DNA of 39,525 bases from Minisyncoccia bacterium. GTDB taxonomy: Bacteria > Patescibacteriota > Minisyncoccia > Phycocordibacterales > DATDWN01. The notes beneath the pieces were generated by a model. The model searched no databases and had not been told where the DNA came from. It saw only the letters and a program-made list of their open reading frames with translations. A program made the translations under genes and the position numbers. Where the stretch lies: assembly GCA_049298975.1 (NCBI GenBank), contig JBAQWP010000095.1:1-39525 (forward strand), given 5' to 3'. Below, piece after piece: positions 9,792 to 19,982 of the stretch (the first letter of the stretch is position 1; each line of letters starts with the position of its first letter).

Positions 9792-10370
9792 ATGGCAATG
9801 CTAGAATACGACGAAATAAAGGAAAGAAAATATATTGTTTTTAATGGAGAGCCTTGGGAAGTTCTCTCAAGTCATGTTTTTCGAAAGCAACAGAGAAAAC
9901 CTGTTAATGCAACTAAACTCAGAAACCTTATTACTGGTAAAGTAACAGAGCAGTCATTCCACGTATCTGAAAAAGTAGAAGAAGCTGAAATCGACTCAAA
10001 GGAAGCAAAGTTTCTCTTTGCAAACCGAGGACAATTCACCTTTTGTGATCCAAAAAACCCCGCTGATCGCTACACCCTATCTGATACACTTATGGGAGTT
10101 CGTGGAAAATTTTTAAAAGCAAACACTATTATCAGTGTGCTTTCCTTTGAAGAAAAGTTTATTGATATAAGAATGCCAATTAAAGCAGAACTGAAGGTGG
10201 TAGAAGCTCACCCTGCTGTTAAGGGCAACACAGCCCAAGGAGCAACTAAAACAGTTAAGCTTGAGACTGGTGCGGAAATACAAGTCCCGATGTTTATTGA
10301 GGAAGGTGAGATTGTGAGAGTTAATACAGAGACGGGTGAGTATGCTGAACGAGCCACCGCCGGCTTCTAG
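9792..10370 (+). CDS. efp: Translation elongation factor P (divergent modification loop)
   Basis: Three-domain EF-P pattern (KLRNLITGK, ELKVVEAHPAVKGNTAQGATK, IQVPMFIEEGE). The loop reads HVFRKQQRKPV instead of the HVKPGKG type. Confidence 0.9.
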   Translation: MAMLEYDEIKERKYIVFNGEPWEVLSSHVFRKQQRKPVNATKLRNLITGKVTEQSFHVSEKVEEAEIDSKEAKFLFANRGQFTFCDPKNPADRYTLSDTLMGVRGKFLKANTIISVLSFEEKFIDIRMPIKAELKVVEAHPAVKGNTAQGATKTVKLETGAEIQVPMFIEEGEIVRVNTETGEYAERATAGF

Positions 10371-10373
10371 TCG

Positions 10374-10497
10374 CTAAGGTCTTTTTTGCGAATCTCTTGT
10401 TGTTCGCTCCGTTTACTCCATGCGCAGTACTAAGTGTACAGCTTAGTCGCAATACTCACTCACAACTTCGACCTTCGCAAAAAATCCTCTTAGCTTT
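10374..10497 (+). repeat. Palindromic 3'-UTR repeat element, copy C (degenerate), downstream of efp
   Basis: Contains ctccatgcgcagtactaagtgtacagcttagtc. This is the reverse complement of the core of copy B (37272..37304), differing only in the GTAC-loop-GTAC loop. Confidence 0.7.
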
Positions 10498-10498
10498 C

Positions 10499-10526
10499 AA
10501 AAAAATCCCCTCTCGGGGATTTTTTG
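10499..10526. terminator. Bidirectional intrinsic terminator shared by convergent efp and rpsR
   Basis: A-run, atcccc-tctc-ggggat hairpin (10505..10520), T-run. Confidence 0.8.
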
Positions 10527-10527
10527 T

Positions 10528-10651
10528 AAACTTTCATAAACTGAGTGAAGTTCGAAGTTCGCAGATTTTACTTCTGACCAAGCTGTACAAGAGTACTGTG
10601 CGTGGAGGAAGTAAAATCGAGAACAAAGAAATTCGCCAGTTTTGGAAGTTT
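10528..10651 (-). repeat. Palindromic 3'-UTR repeat element, copy A, abutting the rpsR stop codon
   Basis: Aligns end to end with copy B (37224..37349). Termini are aaactttca.aaactgag / agttttggaagttta; internal stem is gattttacttc (10564..10574) / gaagtaaaatc (10608..10618). Confidence 0.8.
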
Positions 10652-10856
10652 ATCTGCTAACGAATGGAAGTAGTCCCATGAAGCGAGAACGTTTAACCGC
10701 CATAGCCAGATTCCTCTGGTGGTGAGCAGTCACTCCAGTTCTTTTTCTGCCAATTATTCTTCCATGAGGATTTAGGAACTTCTTAAGAAGATCCACATCC
10801 TTAAAGTCTATGTACTTTATGTTGTTTTCAGTGAAGTAACACTTTTTAGAATTCAT
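10650..10856 (-). CDS. rpsR: 30S ribosomal protein S18
   Basis: 68 aa with ...YIDFKDVDLLKKFLNPHGRIIGRKRTGV..HQR.LA.AVKR.R; the classic rpsF-ssb-rpsR context. Confidence 0.95.
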   Translation of the reverse strand: MNSKKCYFTENNIKYIDFKDVDLLKKFLNPHGRIIGRKRTGVTAHHQRNLAMAVKRSRFMGLLPFVSR

Positions 10857-10941
10857 AATGTTTGATTAATGATTAATGATCCAGGATTAATGAATAATGC
10901 ATTTGTATTTATTCTATAATCTTTAATCTTGATTCTAGTGA

Positions 10942-11379
10942 CTAAAACGGAATATCCTCGGGGTTTATCTCTTCCTCAGGATACTCAATAGTATCGAGCG
11001 CCTTCTTGTCTTCTGCTTGAGGTGCATCATAACTCGGAGCTGAACCACCATCTCTTTTTGGTCCAAACTGTATACGATCTGCGATGATTTCTGTCCTATA
11101 CTTTTTTTGCCCTCCAGCATCTTCCCAAGATCTTGTTTGCATCCTACCCTCGACTAGAATACTAGAACCTTTCTTCATATATTGGCCGACAATGTCAGCC
11201 TGCCTACCAAAGACAACCACATTGTGATAATCAACGTTTTCTTGCTTTACGCCATTTTTATCTTTCCAAACTCTGTTTGTGGCCACAGAAAAACTCGTAA
11301 CTTTGATTCCGCTCGGAAGAGCTTTTATCTCAGGATCCCTTGTAAGATTACCTATCACGATTGCTTTGTTTAAATACAT
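10942..11379 (-). CDS. ssb: Single-stranded DNA-binding protein
   Basis: OB-fold N-terminus (MYLNKAIVIGNLTRDPE...) and an acidic tail ending DIPF. Confidence 0.95.
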   Translation of the reverse strand: MYLNKAIVIGNLTRDPEIKALPSGIKVTSFSVATNRVWKDKNGVKQENVDYHNVVVFGRQADIVGQYMKKGSSILVEGRMQTRSWEDAGGQKKYRTEIIADRIQFGPKRDGGSAPSYDAPQAEDKKALDTIEYPEEEINPEDIPF

Positions 11380-11400
11380 GATATTTTTGTTAACTTATAA

Positions 11401-11904
11401 TTATTCTACTACCAACTCGTCTATACTTTTATCTACTTCTTCAGTGGATACTTCCTTCGCTATTTCTTCAGGAATAACTCCAACCTCTTCAAGCACCTCT
11501 TCTTCCTTTCTTTGCTTTTCTTCCCTAGCAAGATTCATCTTTCCATTAACTAAGGTATTCTCTTTGACAGTTTTTATCAAAAGAAACCTAACGACTTCGC
11601 CATCACTATCGAGTTTATTTTTGATTTTTCCTACTTCCTCACCTGAGAGCTCAAACTTGATCCAACCAAAGTAACCCCCTCCTACCTTTACTCGGGTAGT
11701 TGGCGTTACTCTAGTCATAGGATACGCAAGATCTATGAGAACTGGGTCCTCAAAAGAAACAATTGCACCACCTGCTTGTGTTATGAGATCTTTTAAGGAT
11801 CCCACCTTGGCAGGAATCTCGCTCTCGGCGAGGGATGGAAGGAGAATGTAAGACAACTCGTATACAGTCATTACATCCATCTTTTCTTCTATTTGTTTTT
11901 CCAT
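11401..11904 (-). CDS. rpsF: 30S ribosomal protein S6 with acidic C-terminal extension
   Basis: S6-like core (VYELSYILLP...) in the rpsF-ssb-rpsR operon. The start is uncertain: ATGs at 11904, 11880 and 11871; the track ORF runs to 11940. Confidence 0.8.
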   Translation of the reverse strand: MEKQIEEKMDVMTVYELSYILLPSLAESEIPAKVGSLKDLITQAGGAIVSFEDPVLIDLAYPMTRVTPTTRVKVGGGYFGWIKFELSGEEVGKIKNKLDSDGEVVRFLLIKTVKENTLVNGKMNLAREEKQRKEEEVLEEVGVIPEEIAKEVSTEEVDKSIDELVVE

Positions 11905-11932
11905 GAGGTCAACACTACCACAAGGTGAGGCT

Positions 11933-12739
11933 CTATGCAATCCTCGGGAAAACTCGTAAAGTGTTGGAAATTAAGGCATTTTTTAGGGTTTCTAAATCCT
12001 CACCTCTAATTTCAGCTAGTTTCTTTACCACTTCTGGAATATATAAAGGAGAGTTCCTTTTTCCTCTATGTGGAACTGGAGCAACAAAAGGACTATCTGT
12101 CTCAGCCATAATCATATCTAGAGGAATATATTTAATATATTCATCATAATCACGAGTAAAAGTTACTACTCCAGTAAAAGACGCTGTAAAGCCAATGCTT
12201 AGAAACCTCTTTAATATCTGTATATCGCCTGCAAAAAAATGTGCATTCCCCTTTAATTTGTCCCCAGCAATTCTACTGTGATGTTCTAATATCTCTAAAG
12301 CATCTTCATACGCATCTAGGCTGTCTTTAGTTGATCTTATATGTAGCATAAGAGGTAAGTCTTTAGTTAAAGCTAGATCTATTTGGTATTCAAAAATTGT
12401 TTTTTGGATAGTTTTGAGCTCAGAATCATCAGATTTTATTCTGAAATAGTCTAAACCACATTCTCCTATCGCCACTACATGCCTGTGATCACATAACTTA
12501 ATTAGCTTTTCATCAAAAACAGAATCAGACACAAGATCCGAAGGATGTTGACCTACGCACGCATAAAAACCCTCATGTTCTTTTGCAATTTCAATAGCTG
12601 TTTTTGAACTTTCTAAGTTAGTACCAATTGTAATAGTACCTATTTTTGCCTTTTTGATTTTTTTTATCTCCTCTTCCCTATCCTTATCGAAATCTGGAAA
12701 ATAAATATGAGAATGTATGTCGAAGTACTCAAAGTTCAT
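11933..12739 (-). CDS. tatD: TatD-family metal-dependent hydrolase/DNase
   Basis: DIHSHIYFPDF N-terminal His motif and TatD-like blocks (GECGLDY, ETDSPF). Confidence 0.9.
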   Translation of the reverse strand: MNFEYFDIHSHIYFPDFDKDREEEIKKIKKAKIGTITIGTNLESSKTAIEIAKEHEGFYACVGQHPSDLVSDSVFDEKLIKLCDHRHVVAIGECGLDYFRIKSDDSELKTIQKTIFEYQIDLALTKDLPLMLHIRSTKDSLDAYEDALEILEHHSRIAGDKLKGNAHFFAGDIQILKRFLSIGFTASFTGVVTFTRDYDEYIKYIPLDMIMAETDSPFVAPVPHRGKRNSPLYIPEVVKKLAEIRGEDLETLKNALISNTLRVFPRIA

Positions 12740-12772
12740 AAAGTGTAAAGTTAAAAGTTATAAAGTAAATTC

Positions 12773-14212
12773 TTAATCTTTTCGAGCAAAGAGTGGTATC
12801 TCTGGGGATCTGTTTGTTTTTATGAGTTCTTTAATTTTGACTGCGGTTTCTGGCAAAATAGAGGTTAGCATTCTTCGCACTGTATTTAGTTTTAAAACTA
12901 AATCAGAAATCATCTTTTGGCCCAAAGCCTTATCTGTCTTAACAACTTTAAATGGTTGATTATCCTGTATAAATGTATCCATCTCACTTATTTTCTTCCA
13001 GACAAGTTCTGTGGCCTTGTTAATTTCGAAATTATTTAAATAACCAAAGTATTCTGACATGTCTTCCCATTCAGGAATACTTACTGGTCCATCCAAATTG
13101 TCCTGGGACATTTTCATTATTCTAGAAACTAGATTTCCTAGACCGTTTGCAAGGCCTGAGTTGTAGGAAGCCTTAAATCTCTCCATTGTAAAAGGACTGT
13201 CTTCAAAGTTTGAAACTTCTTTTAATAAGAAAAATCTAAGAGCGTCTGTGCCGTATTCAGAGACAATGTCTTTTGGGTTAATAACATTGCCAATGGTTTT
13301 AGACATCTTCACTCCACCATCAGCGGTAATAAAACCGTTAATCACAATTTTATCTGAATTTTCAACCCCCACAGACATTAACATCGCTTGCCACATTGCC
13401 GACTGAAAACGTAAATTATCCTTGCCACAATATTGAACCGGGGATCCCTCTTTCCAGTATTTTTGAAAATTTTCCCCATCAGGCCAGTCTAAAGTTGAGA
13501 TGTAGTTTACCAAAGCATCAAACCATACGTACATTACTTGAGTGTCATCGCCAGGGACTGTAATCCCCCATGGCATTTTTTCCTTTAGTCGTGATATGGA
13601 AAAATCATTTAATCCTCTCTCAACAAATGCTTTTATTTCGTTATATCGAAAATCAGGAATTACAAAATTTGGTTTATTTTTGTAAAATTCCAACAACTTG
13701 TCGCCAAAACTACTATACTTAAAAAAATAATTCTCTTCGTTTATTATCTGTAATGCTCTACCTGGATGAATTGAACACTCGTTGTTTACTAACTCTGAAT
13801 CACTTTTGGTTTCTTCGCAACCAACACAATATTTTGCCTCATAATTTTTTTTGTATATGAAGCCGTTGTCAAAACATCTTTTCCAAAATTCTTGAGCAAT
13901 TTTTACATGTTTCAGGTCAGTCGTTCTAGTAAAATGTAAAAGTTCTTCGTCCATTCCAAATATTTTTACAGAATCCTTAAATCGTAAAAACTGCTCATCA
14001 ACAAAAGCTTGCGGGTCCTTCCCTGCTTCAATCGCTTTTTCATAAATTTTTGACCCATGTTCATCTGTGCCTGTATTAAAAAATACATCAAAATCCTGTA
14101 GTTTTTTGCTCCTAGCAATTACATCGGCCCGTATAAACTCTAAAGCATGGCCCATATGTAAATCTGCATTAACATAAGGAAGTGTGGTTGTAATATAGAA
14201 ACTTTTCTGCAT
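12773..14212 (-). CDS. metG: Methionyl-tRNA synthetase (short form, no C-terminal tRNA-binding appendix)
   Basis: Class I HIGH variant (LHMGHALE), KMSKT (VKMSKTIGN) and a Cys knuckle (CVGCEE...ECSIH). Confidence 0.95.
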   Translation of the reverse strand: MQKSFYITTTLPYVNADLHMGHALEFIRADVIARSKKLQDFDVFFNTGTDEHGSKIYEKAIEAGKDPQAFVDEQFLRFKDSVKIFGMDEELLHFTRTTDLKHVKIAQEFWKRCFDNGFIYKKNYEAKYCVGCEETKSDSELVNNECSIHPGRALQIINEENYFFKYSSFGDKLLEFYKNKPNFVIPDFRYNEIKAFVERGLNDFSISRLKEKMPWGITVPGDDTQVMYVWFDALVNYISTLDWPDGENFQKYWKEGSPVQYCGKDNLRFQSAMWQAMLMSVGVENSDKIVINGFITADGGVKMSKTIGNVINPKDIVSEYGTDALRFFLLKEVSNFEDSPFTMERFKASYNSGLANGLGNLVSRIMKMSQDNLDGPVSIPEWEDMSEYFGYLNNFEINKATELVWKKISEMDTFIQDNQPFKVVKTDKALGQKMISDLVLKLNTVRRMLTSILPETAVKIKELIKTNRSPEIPLFARKD

Positions 14213-14227
14213 TTGACTTGAAGGAAA

Positions 14228-15307
14228 TTAGTTATTGTTCATCATTCTCTCTATCTTCTCAATTTTGTCTTTTTCTAAATCACTAATAAACTCTATAACT
14301 ACTGAAGCTATCGGAACAGCAAGAATTAGACCAATAACACCCGCTAGTTGCCATCCGGCTGCTAGGGCGACTATCGAAACAACTGGCGAAACTCCAACTA
14401 CTTTTTTCACCACAAGTGGATATATCAACTGATTTTCAAATTGATGAACAATAAGATAAAGACCAGCAACAATGAGTGCAGTAGGAAAACCCCCTGAAAC
14501 AAAAGAGATAGCAATAGCTGGAATCGAAGCGAGAATTGGTCCAAACAGTGGAATAATCTCAAATGCTGCGGCAAAACAAGCAAGTAGAAGTGCATTTGGC
14601 ACCTTAAGCAACAACAGACCAAGATAAACCAACATGCCAATTATTACCGCTAGAACCAACTGTCCTTGCATCCACAAACCGATTTTTTTCTGAGATCTTT
14701 TCCAAAGTGCAACTACATACTTTTCATGTTTGATAGTAGTGATAGCTTTCAAAAACTTACCTACCCCGTCTTCTTCAACAGAGAGATAAAAAGAAAGTAT
14801 CACGATTAGAAAGAAGGACAAAATTCCTCCAAAAAAAGTGGCTACCGTTCCGAAAGCATTTGAAGAGATACTGCCAACTATTTGGTTTATCTGGGCAATA
14901 TAATCCTCTATATTAAAACTATTTTTAAGTTCGGAGGCAAATGATCCTGATGAAAATAACGGACTGTTATTAATAGAATTTAGTATTTGATTTGAGTTAA
15001 AATATTTAGGAAAATTCCTCATAAAATCACTCGTCTCAGTGAGAAGCGGAATTACAAGAAAATAAACTACTCCAACCAAAAATGAAGCGATTAAAAAATA
15101 AATTATTATTACAGAAAACAACCTTGCTACACCTTTTTTTTGAAACCACAGAGCCCCTGGCTCAATCGCAGAAGCTACAACAATAGACATAAGTAAAACG
15201 AGTACAATATCCTTGAGCACAAACAATAAAGTGAAAAGTAGCCCAATCACTATAACTTTAACTATTGTTCCGGCACTTATGTGAACTAATTGCTCAGGTC
15301 TCTCCAT
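14228..15307 (-). CDS. AI-2E family (PerM/UPF0118) membrane transporter
   Basis: 359 aa, multi-TM, with conserved C-terminal blocks typical of the family (IPLFGPILASIPA, PVVSIVALAAG). Confidence 0.85.
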   Translation of the reverse strand: MERPEQLVHISAGTIVKVIVIGLLFTLLFVLKDIVLVLLMSIVVASAIEPGALWFQKKGVARLFSVIIIYFLIASFLVGVVYFLVIPLLTETSDFMRNFPKYFNSNQILNSINNSPLFSSGSFASELKNSFNIEDYIAQINQIVGSISSNAFGTVATFFGGILSFFLIVILSFYLSVEEDGVGKFLKAITTIKHEKYVVALWKRSQKKIGLWMQGQLVLAVIIGMLVYLGLLLLKVPNALLLACFAAAFEIIPLFGPILASIPAIAISFVSGGFPTALIVAGLYLIVHQFENQLIYPLVVKKVVGVSPVVSIVALAAGWQLAGVIGLILAVPIASVVIEFISDLEKDKIEKIERMMNNN

Positions 15308-15344
15308 GAGGCCATAGTACTATGTTTTCAGCCTTTTGTAAAAA

Positions 15345-16613
15345 TTAGATTTTAAGTAGATTTTTTATCTTATCTTCTTTCTTTACGTTCCCAACTATTG
15401 CTAAATTGATATTTTTATCTATAAAGATTTGTTTTGCTAGTTTCTGAATATCCTGAGCAGAAATTTTATCTATTTCCTTTTCCATCTCCTTTGGTGTCTT
15501 AATATTTTCTCTCATTATCTCCTGAAAACCATAAAATCCGGCTAAGGAGTCTGAGGATTCTAGATCAAGATACATTCTGCCTATCAAGTAATCCTTTGCC
15601 TTTCGTAGTTCATCTGGTGAAACTTTGTCATTTACTATTTTTCTTACTTCTGCGAGTATCCCCTCTACCGCATTATCTAACCTACTTTTATCTACTCCTG
15701 CAGAAATAACAAAATTACCATGGTCTGTAAAATCATTTATTCCGGATCGAACATAATAACAAATACCCAGTTCTTCTCTCATTTTTTGAAACAATCTAGA
15801 GCTCATACCCCCACCCAAAATAGTAGACAAAACTTTCAAGGTTGGAATTCTTTTATCATGCAATCCAAAAGTTCTAAAACCAAACACTAAATGAGCCTGA
15901 TCTGTTTCTTTATTCTTAACTTTTATTTGGGGTGATGACTGGAATTCCCTTACCTTATTTTTCTTTATCATTTTCCCAGTAGAAATATTTTTAAATAGTT
16001 TTTCTATTCTAGAAAAAGCACTTTTAGGATTAACATCACCTGCTACAACTATGAGGGTCTTTTCTGCAACATAATGCATCCTTCGATAATTTAGAAAATC
16101 CTCGATTTTCAGTTTAGAAATATTTTCCTTTGGACCTGCAATACTCCAACCATATGGGGTGTCTCCATACATGAGCTCACCCAAAACTTCATGTACTTTT
16201 CTTTGAGGTAGGTCCTCGTACATATTTATTTCCTCGATAATCACCCCCTTCTCCTTTTCCATTTCTGCTTCGGGAAAGATTGGGTTTAGATACATATCAG
16301 AAATTATATCTAGTATCCTATCGAAATTTTTAGATGCGGATTTACCATAATAAGCAGTTATTTCGTTTGATGTAAAAGCGTTATGTTCTGCACCCATTCC
16401 ATCAAACTCCTTAGAAATGTCTAGCGAGCTTGGTCTATTTTTTGTTCCTTTGAAAAACATATGCTCTAGAAAATGAGAGATCCCATTTTTCGCTTTGGTT
16501 TCGTATTCGGAACCTGCCTCAACCATAGACATTGCTGTCACAGATGGTGCACCTTTTATAGGAACTACAATAATTCTTAAACCGTTTTTTAGTGTTTTTT
16601 TCTTAAATATCAT
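15345..16613 (-). CDS. M16 (pitrilysin/insulinase) family zinc peptidase
   Basis: Inverted zinc motif HFLEHMFFKG (HxxEH) near the N-terminus; 422 aa. Confidence 0.9.
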   Translation of the reverse strand: MIFKKKTLKNGLRIIVVPIKGAPSVTAMSMVEAGSEYETKAKNGISHFLEHMFFKGTKNRPSSLDISKEFDGMGAEHNAFTSNEITAYYGKSASKNFDRILDIISDMYLNPIFPEAEMEKEKGVIIEEINMYEDLPQRKVHEVLGELMYGDTPYGWSIAGPKENISKLKIEDFLNYRRMHYVAEKTLIVVAGDVNPKSAFSRIEKLFKNISTGKMIKKNKVREFQSSPQIKVKNKETDQAHLVFGFRTFGLHDKRIPTLKVLSTILGGGMSSRLFQKMREELGICYYVRSGINDFTDHGNFVISAGVDKSRLDNAVEGILAEVRKIVNDKVSPDELRKAKDYLIGRMYLDLESSDSLAGFYGFQEIMRENIKTPKEMEKEIDKISAQDIQKLAKQIFIDKNINLAIVGNVKKEDKIKNLLKI

Positions 16614-16664
16614 AAAGACAAATATACGACTTTCCTAACCAAAAGCAAGCCTCACAGTAATAGC

Positions 16665-17996
16665 TTAATTTAATTGAGATTTTACGAACTCGATAAGTTC
16701 TTCAACTGACATCCTTTTCTGTTCCCCAGTGTCTCTGTCACGAACTGTTACACCTGTTCCCTTTTCTATAGTTTCGAAATCTATAGTCACACACCACGGA
16801 GTTCCAATCTCGTCCTGTCTTCTATACCTTTTGCCGATATTCCCATTGTCGTCAAAAGTCACGGCACTGAATTCCGCCTTCAACGTCTTGTAAATTTCTT
16901 TTGCTTTTTCAACAAGCTCAGGTTTGTTTTTAAGTAGAGGAAATACCGCGATTTTTATTGGAGCGATTATTGGTTTGAAAGCTAGATAAGTACGTATTTC
17001 ACCATTCATTTCATCTTCCCGATAAGCTGAGGTCAACACTGCCAACATAGTTCTTCCATGTCCAAAAGAAGGTTCAACAACATGTGGTATAAATCTTTCT
17101 TTCGTCGACTCATCAAAATAAGTCAGATCTACCCCAGACCCAGTTGAGTGACTTCTTAAATCATGATCAGTTCTATATGCTAAACCATAAAGTTCCTTCT
17201 TTCCAAATGGATAATCATATTCGAAATCTATAGTTCTTTTTGAGTAAAATGCTCTGTCCTCTGCTGAAACTTCTAATTCATGAACCATGTCTTTTTTTAT
17301 ACCTACTCTTTCAATCCACTTCCACATCTCAGTTCGCCAAAACTCAAAGTATTCCTCCCAAGTATCTTCTCTTATGAAAAACTCAAATTCCATAAGATCG
17401 AACTCTCTAACTCTAAATAGAAAATCTCTTGGAGCAATTTCGTTTCTGTACGCCCGTCCGATTTGTGCTAAACCAAAAGGTAGATCTGGGTGAACAGTGT
17501 CCATTACGTTTTTAAAATTTAAAAACATTCCAGGCGCAATCTCACCTCGCAAATACGCTATGCTATCTGAAGAGCTCCCCATATTGAGTGGGAACATTAA
17601 ATTAAATGCTTTTTCCTCTCCTAAATCTCCACCACAATCAGGACATTTTTTTGATTCTAAACTTTTTTTATCGAGATGATCTGCTCTGAACCTGTGATGA
17701 CATTTTTTACATTCAATCATAGGGTCAGTAAAGCCAGATAAATGACCTGAAGCCTTCCACACAGCTTCTGGCATTATTGATGGTGTAGAAAGACCAAAAA
17801 TGTTTTCTTGTTCTTCCACAAAATGCTTCCACCATAGATCCTTTATATTATGAGAAAGGGCTGAACCATATGGTCCGTAGTCCCAAGTCCCCGCTAAACC
17901 TCCATATATCTCAGAACCCTGAAAGACAAAACCTCTCCTCTTACACAGAGAGACTATCTTCTCCATTAGGTCGTTTTTTTCAGTTTTATCTACCAT
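16665..17996 (-). CDS. glyQS: Glycyl-tRNA synthetase (dimeric class II type)
   Basis: GlyQS pattern (RGFVFQGSEIYGG, FRNEI.PR, Cys cluster CKKCHHRF...CPDCGG). Confidence 0.95.
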   Translation of the reverse strand: MVDKTEKNDLMEKIVSLCKRRGFVFQGSEIYGGLAGTWDYGPYGSALSHNIKDLWWKHFVEEQENIFGLSTPSIMPEAVWKASGHLSGFTDPMIECKKCHHRFRADHLDKKSLESKKCPDCGGDLGEEKAFNLMFPLNMGSSSDSIAYLRGEIAPGMFLNFKNVMDTVHPDLPFGLAQIGRAYRNEIAPRDFLFRVREFDLMEFEFFIREDTWEEYFEFWRTEMWKWIERVGIKKDMVHELEVSAEDRAFYSKRTIDFEYDYPFGKKELYGLAYRTDHDLRSHSTGSGVDLTYFDESTKERFIPHVVEPSFGHGRTMLAVLTSAYREDEMNGEIRTYLAFKPIIAPIKIAVFPLLKNKPELVEKAKEIYKTLKAEFSAVTFDDNGNIGKRYRRQDEIGTPWCVTIDFETIEKGTGVTVRDRDTGEQKRMSVEELIEFVKSQLN

Positions 17997-18035
17997 ATTG
18001 GTAATATACCAGAGTTTATATTTTAGCCAAGAAGA

Positions 18036-19952
18036 CTATTGTCCCACAACACTATCAGTCGATCTGTATGTAGCATCAGAAAATTGAGTGGTTACTGCCT
18101 TGTATGTATCACTAACTGGTGCTCCAACATAAGTATCAGTAGCAGTGATTTTTGTTAGTGATAAAAGTTCTGGAGTTGAACCAATTTGGTTAATACTTGG
18201 CACAATACCAACTCTAAATGAAACTGTTCTGGGTGAAGTATAATAACCAACACCTGGTGAAACACTACCAACATTCCAGGTAATAATTCTGGAATCTGGG
18301 TCATATTTTACTTTTTCAGATAAAGGAGAAACATCCCCTTTCCATATTACTCCTTCTTTTAAAGTGGCCTCAGCTGTTACATTTGATAGATCATTTGTTG
18401 TATTTGAAACGGTCCAAGTAACAGTATATGTAGTTTCCTTGTCTGCGCGCGGAGGCACTGGACCAATGTTAGTAAATGGACCAACATTCCTAAAAGATTT
18501 TGCAGTTATTGATAAGGTGGAAAGTATTTTAATTATAATATCACCTTCCGAAGTTACAACACTTGTATCAGTACCCGACCTATCACCAGAAATTTTTACA
18601 TGAACATCTAAATGAGGATTTTTAGTTTGAATAACAGTTTGAGGATCAGTTAAGGAAGTTATCGAGAATGAGACTTGGTTTCCCTCAGCGGGCAATATTT
18701 GTATTAAATCCTCATTATTATTCTTATTCCACACTAGAAGATTATCAACTGACTGATAATATCCACCCCCACCAATATTCACTTTATTGCGATCTAGGAT
18801 ATTACCACTGATCGAAGCTTCAATACGTGCATTTAATATCTTGTCGGGTAAAGTATTCCTCCACCTAACTAGGACTGTTGCTGAATCGCCAATTTTTATT
18901 GAATTTCTATTATCTACATCCATTGCAAGATCAAAAAATGATTTTCTTATACCAATAGTTACATCTTGATTTACAAGCTCAGCTTCAAACTCCTTCGAAC
19001 TGTCCTGACTCTGTGTTCCTGCAGTAATTTTGAAAGTCTTGTCTTCTTCATTTTGACCTAAAAGCACACCTGAAATCTCTAGAATTTTTTTCTCGCCATC
19101 CTTCAGATCACCTATATTCCACACAGAATTATCTCTAAATGGTTTTATGTTAGACGATTTATATGTAAAACCATATGGATAATCTATCCTGACCAAAGTG
19201 TTTTTTAAGCTTACTGCGGAGTTCGAGGTCATATTAATAACAAACTTTATCTCCTGACCTGAATTTGTTTCTTTAGGATAGTTTATGCTCACTAGAATTG
19301 GTGATGAGCCAATAGATAGTGAATATAATTTTTCTTTTGTGAAAGTGGCATTTGAACCCTTAACCTTATACTCTATTTTGAAACTAAAATCCTTAATAAT
19401 ATCTTTCTCACCAAACAAAACTGACCTGAGTGAATACTCGGTGCTGTCGCCCTTTGCAATTGTGCCAAGACTTATTCTGTCATAAATAAGTGGTTTACCA
19501 GAGGTTATTGATTGTGCACCTTCTGGATAATCCACAATAAGATAAACATCTTCCAAATCAGTTCTGTTGCCATTTATTATAGTTAAGCCAATTGGCAGTT
19601 CCTCCCCCGAAGAAACTGAACTTGGAGCAACTATTCTTACATCCAAATTATTTGAGGAGATCATATTTAAGCCCCCATAAAAAATAAACAAAGCTGTTCC
19701 GAGTGAAATAAAAAATATTATTGATGACACTAGCAGGAACTTATTAAAAAAGGAATTGTTTCTTTTTGTGGTCATTGGATCTACAGTATACTCAAAACTC
19801 TTGGGAGCACCCCAACCAGCTGGGGCATTAGTTTCTCTGCTTTCAAATGTAGATCTCTCTTCTTTAGGCAATATATCTACATTTCTGGAATATAGAGCTT
19901 TTTTAAGCTTCTCAATTCTACTATTTTCCATACTATTTTTGTCAGGATTCAT
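18036..19952 (-). CDS. Hypothetical single-pass membrane protein with large beta-rich extracytoplasmic region
   Basis: 638-aa ORF. The N-terminal cytoplasmic part is followed by one TM helix (FLLVSSIIFFISLGTALFIFYGG) and then repeated beta-type modules. Confidence 0.7.
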   Translation of the reverse strand: MNPDKNSMENSRIEKLKKALYSRNVDILPKEERSTFESRETNAPAGWGAPKSFEYTVDPMTTKRNNSFFNKFLLVSSIIFFISLGTALFIFYGGLNMISSNNLDVRIVAPSSVSSGEELPIGLTIINGNRTDLEDVYLIVDYPEGAQSITSGKPLIYDRISLGTIAKGDSTEYSLRSVLFGEKDIIKDFSFKIEYKVKGSNATFTKEKLYSLSIGSSPILVSINYPKETNSGQEIKFVINMTSNSAVSLKNTLVRIDYPYGFTYKSSNIKPFRDNSVWNIGDLKDGEKKILEISGVLLGQNEEDKTFKITAGTQSQDSSKEFEAELVNQDVTIGIRKSFFDLAMDVDNRNSIKIGDSATVLVRWRNTLPDKILNARIEASISGNILDRNKVNIGGGGYYQSVDNLLVWNKNNNEDLIQILPAEGNQVSFSITSLTDPQTVIQTKNPHLDVHVKISGDRSGTDTSVVTSEGDIIIKILSTLSITAKSFRNVGPFTNIGPVPPRADKETTYTVTWTVSNTTNDLSNVTAEATLKEGVIWKGDVSPLSEKVKYDPDSRIITWNVGSVSPGVGYYTSPRTVSFRVGIVPSINQIGSTPELLSLTKITATDTYVGAPVSDTYKAVTTQFSDATYRSTDSVVGQ

Positions 19953-19982
19953 GCCTGAAATTATACCATGGTATTTTCTTGT

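Noticed and set aside
10397-10660. The + strand ORF of 87 aa between efp and rpsR
   Set aside because: It reads straight through two repeat elements and a bidirectional terminator.
10857-10941. Reiterated ttaatga words in the ssb-rpsR spacer
   Set aside because: This is a short AT-rich low-complexity spacer with no extended structure or conservation signal visible.
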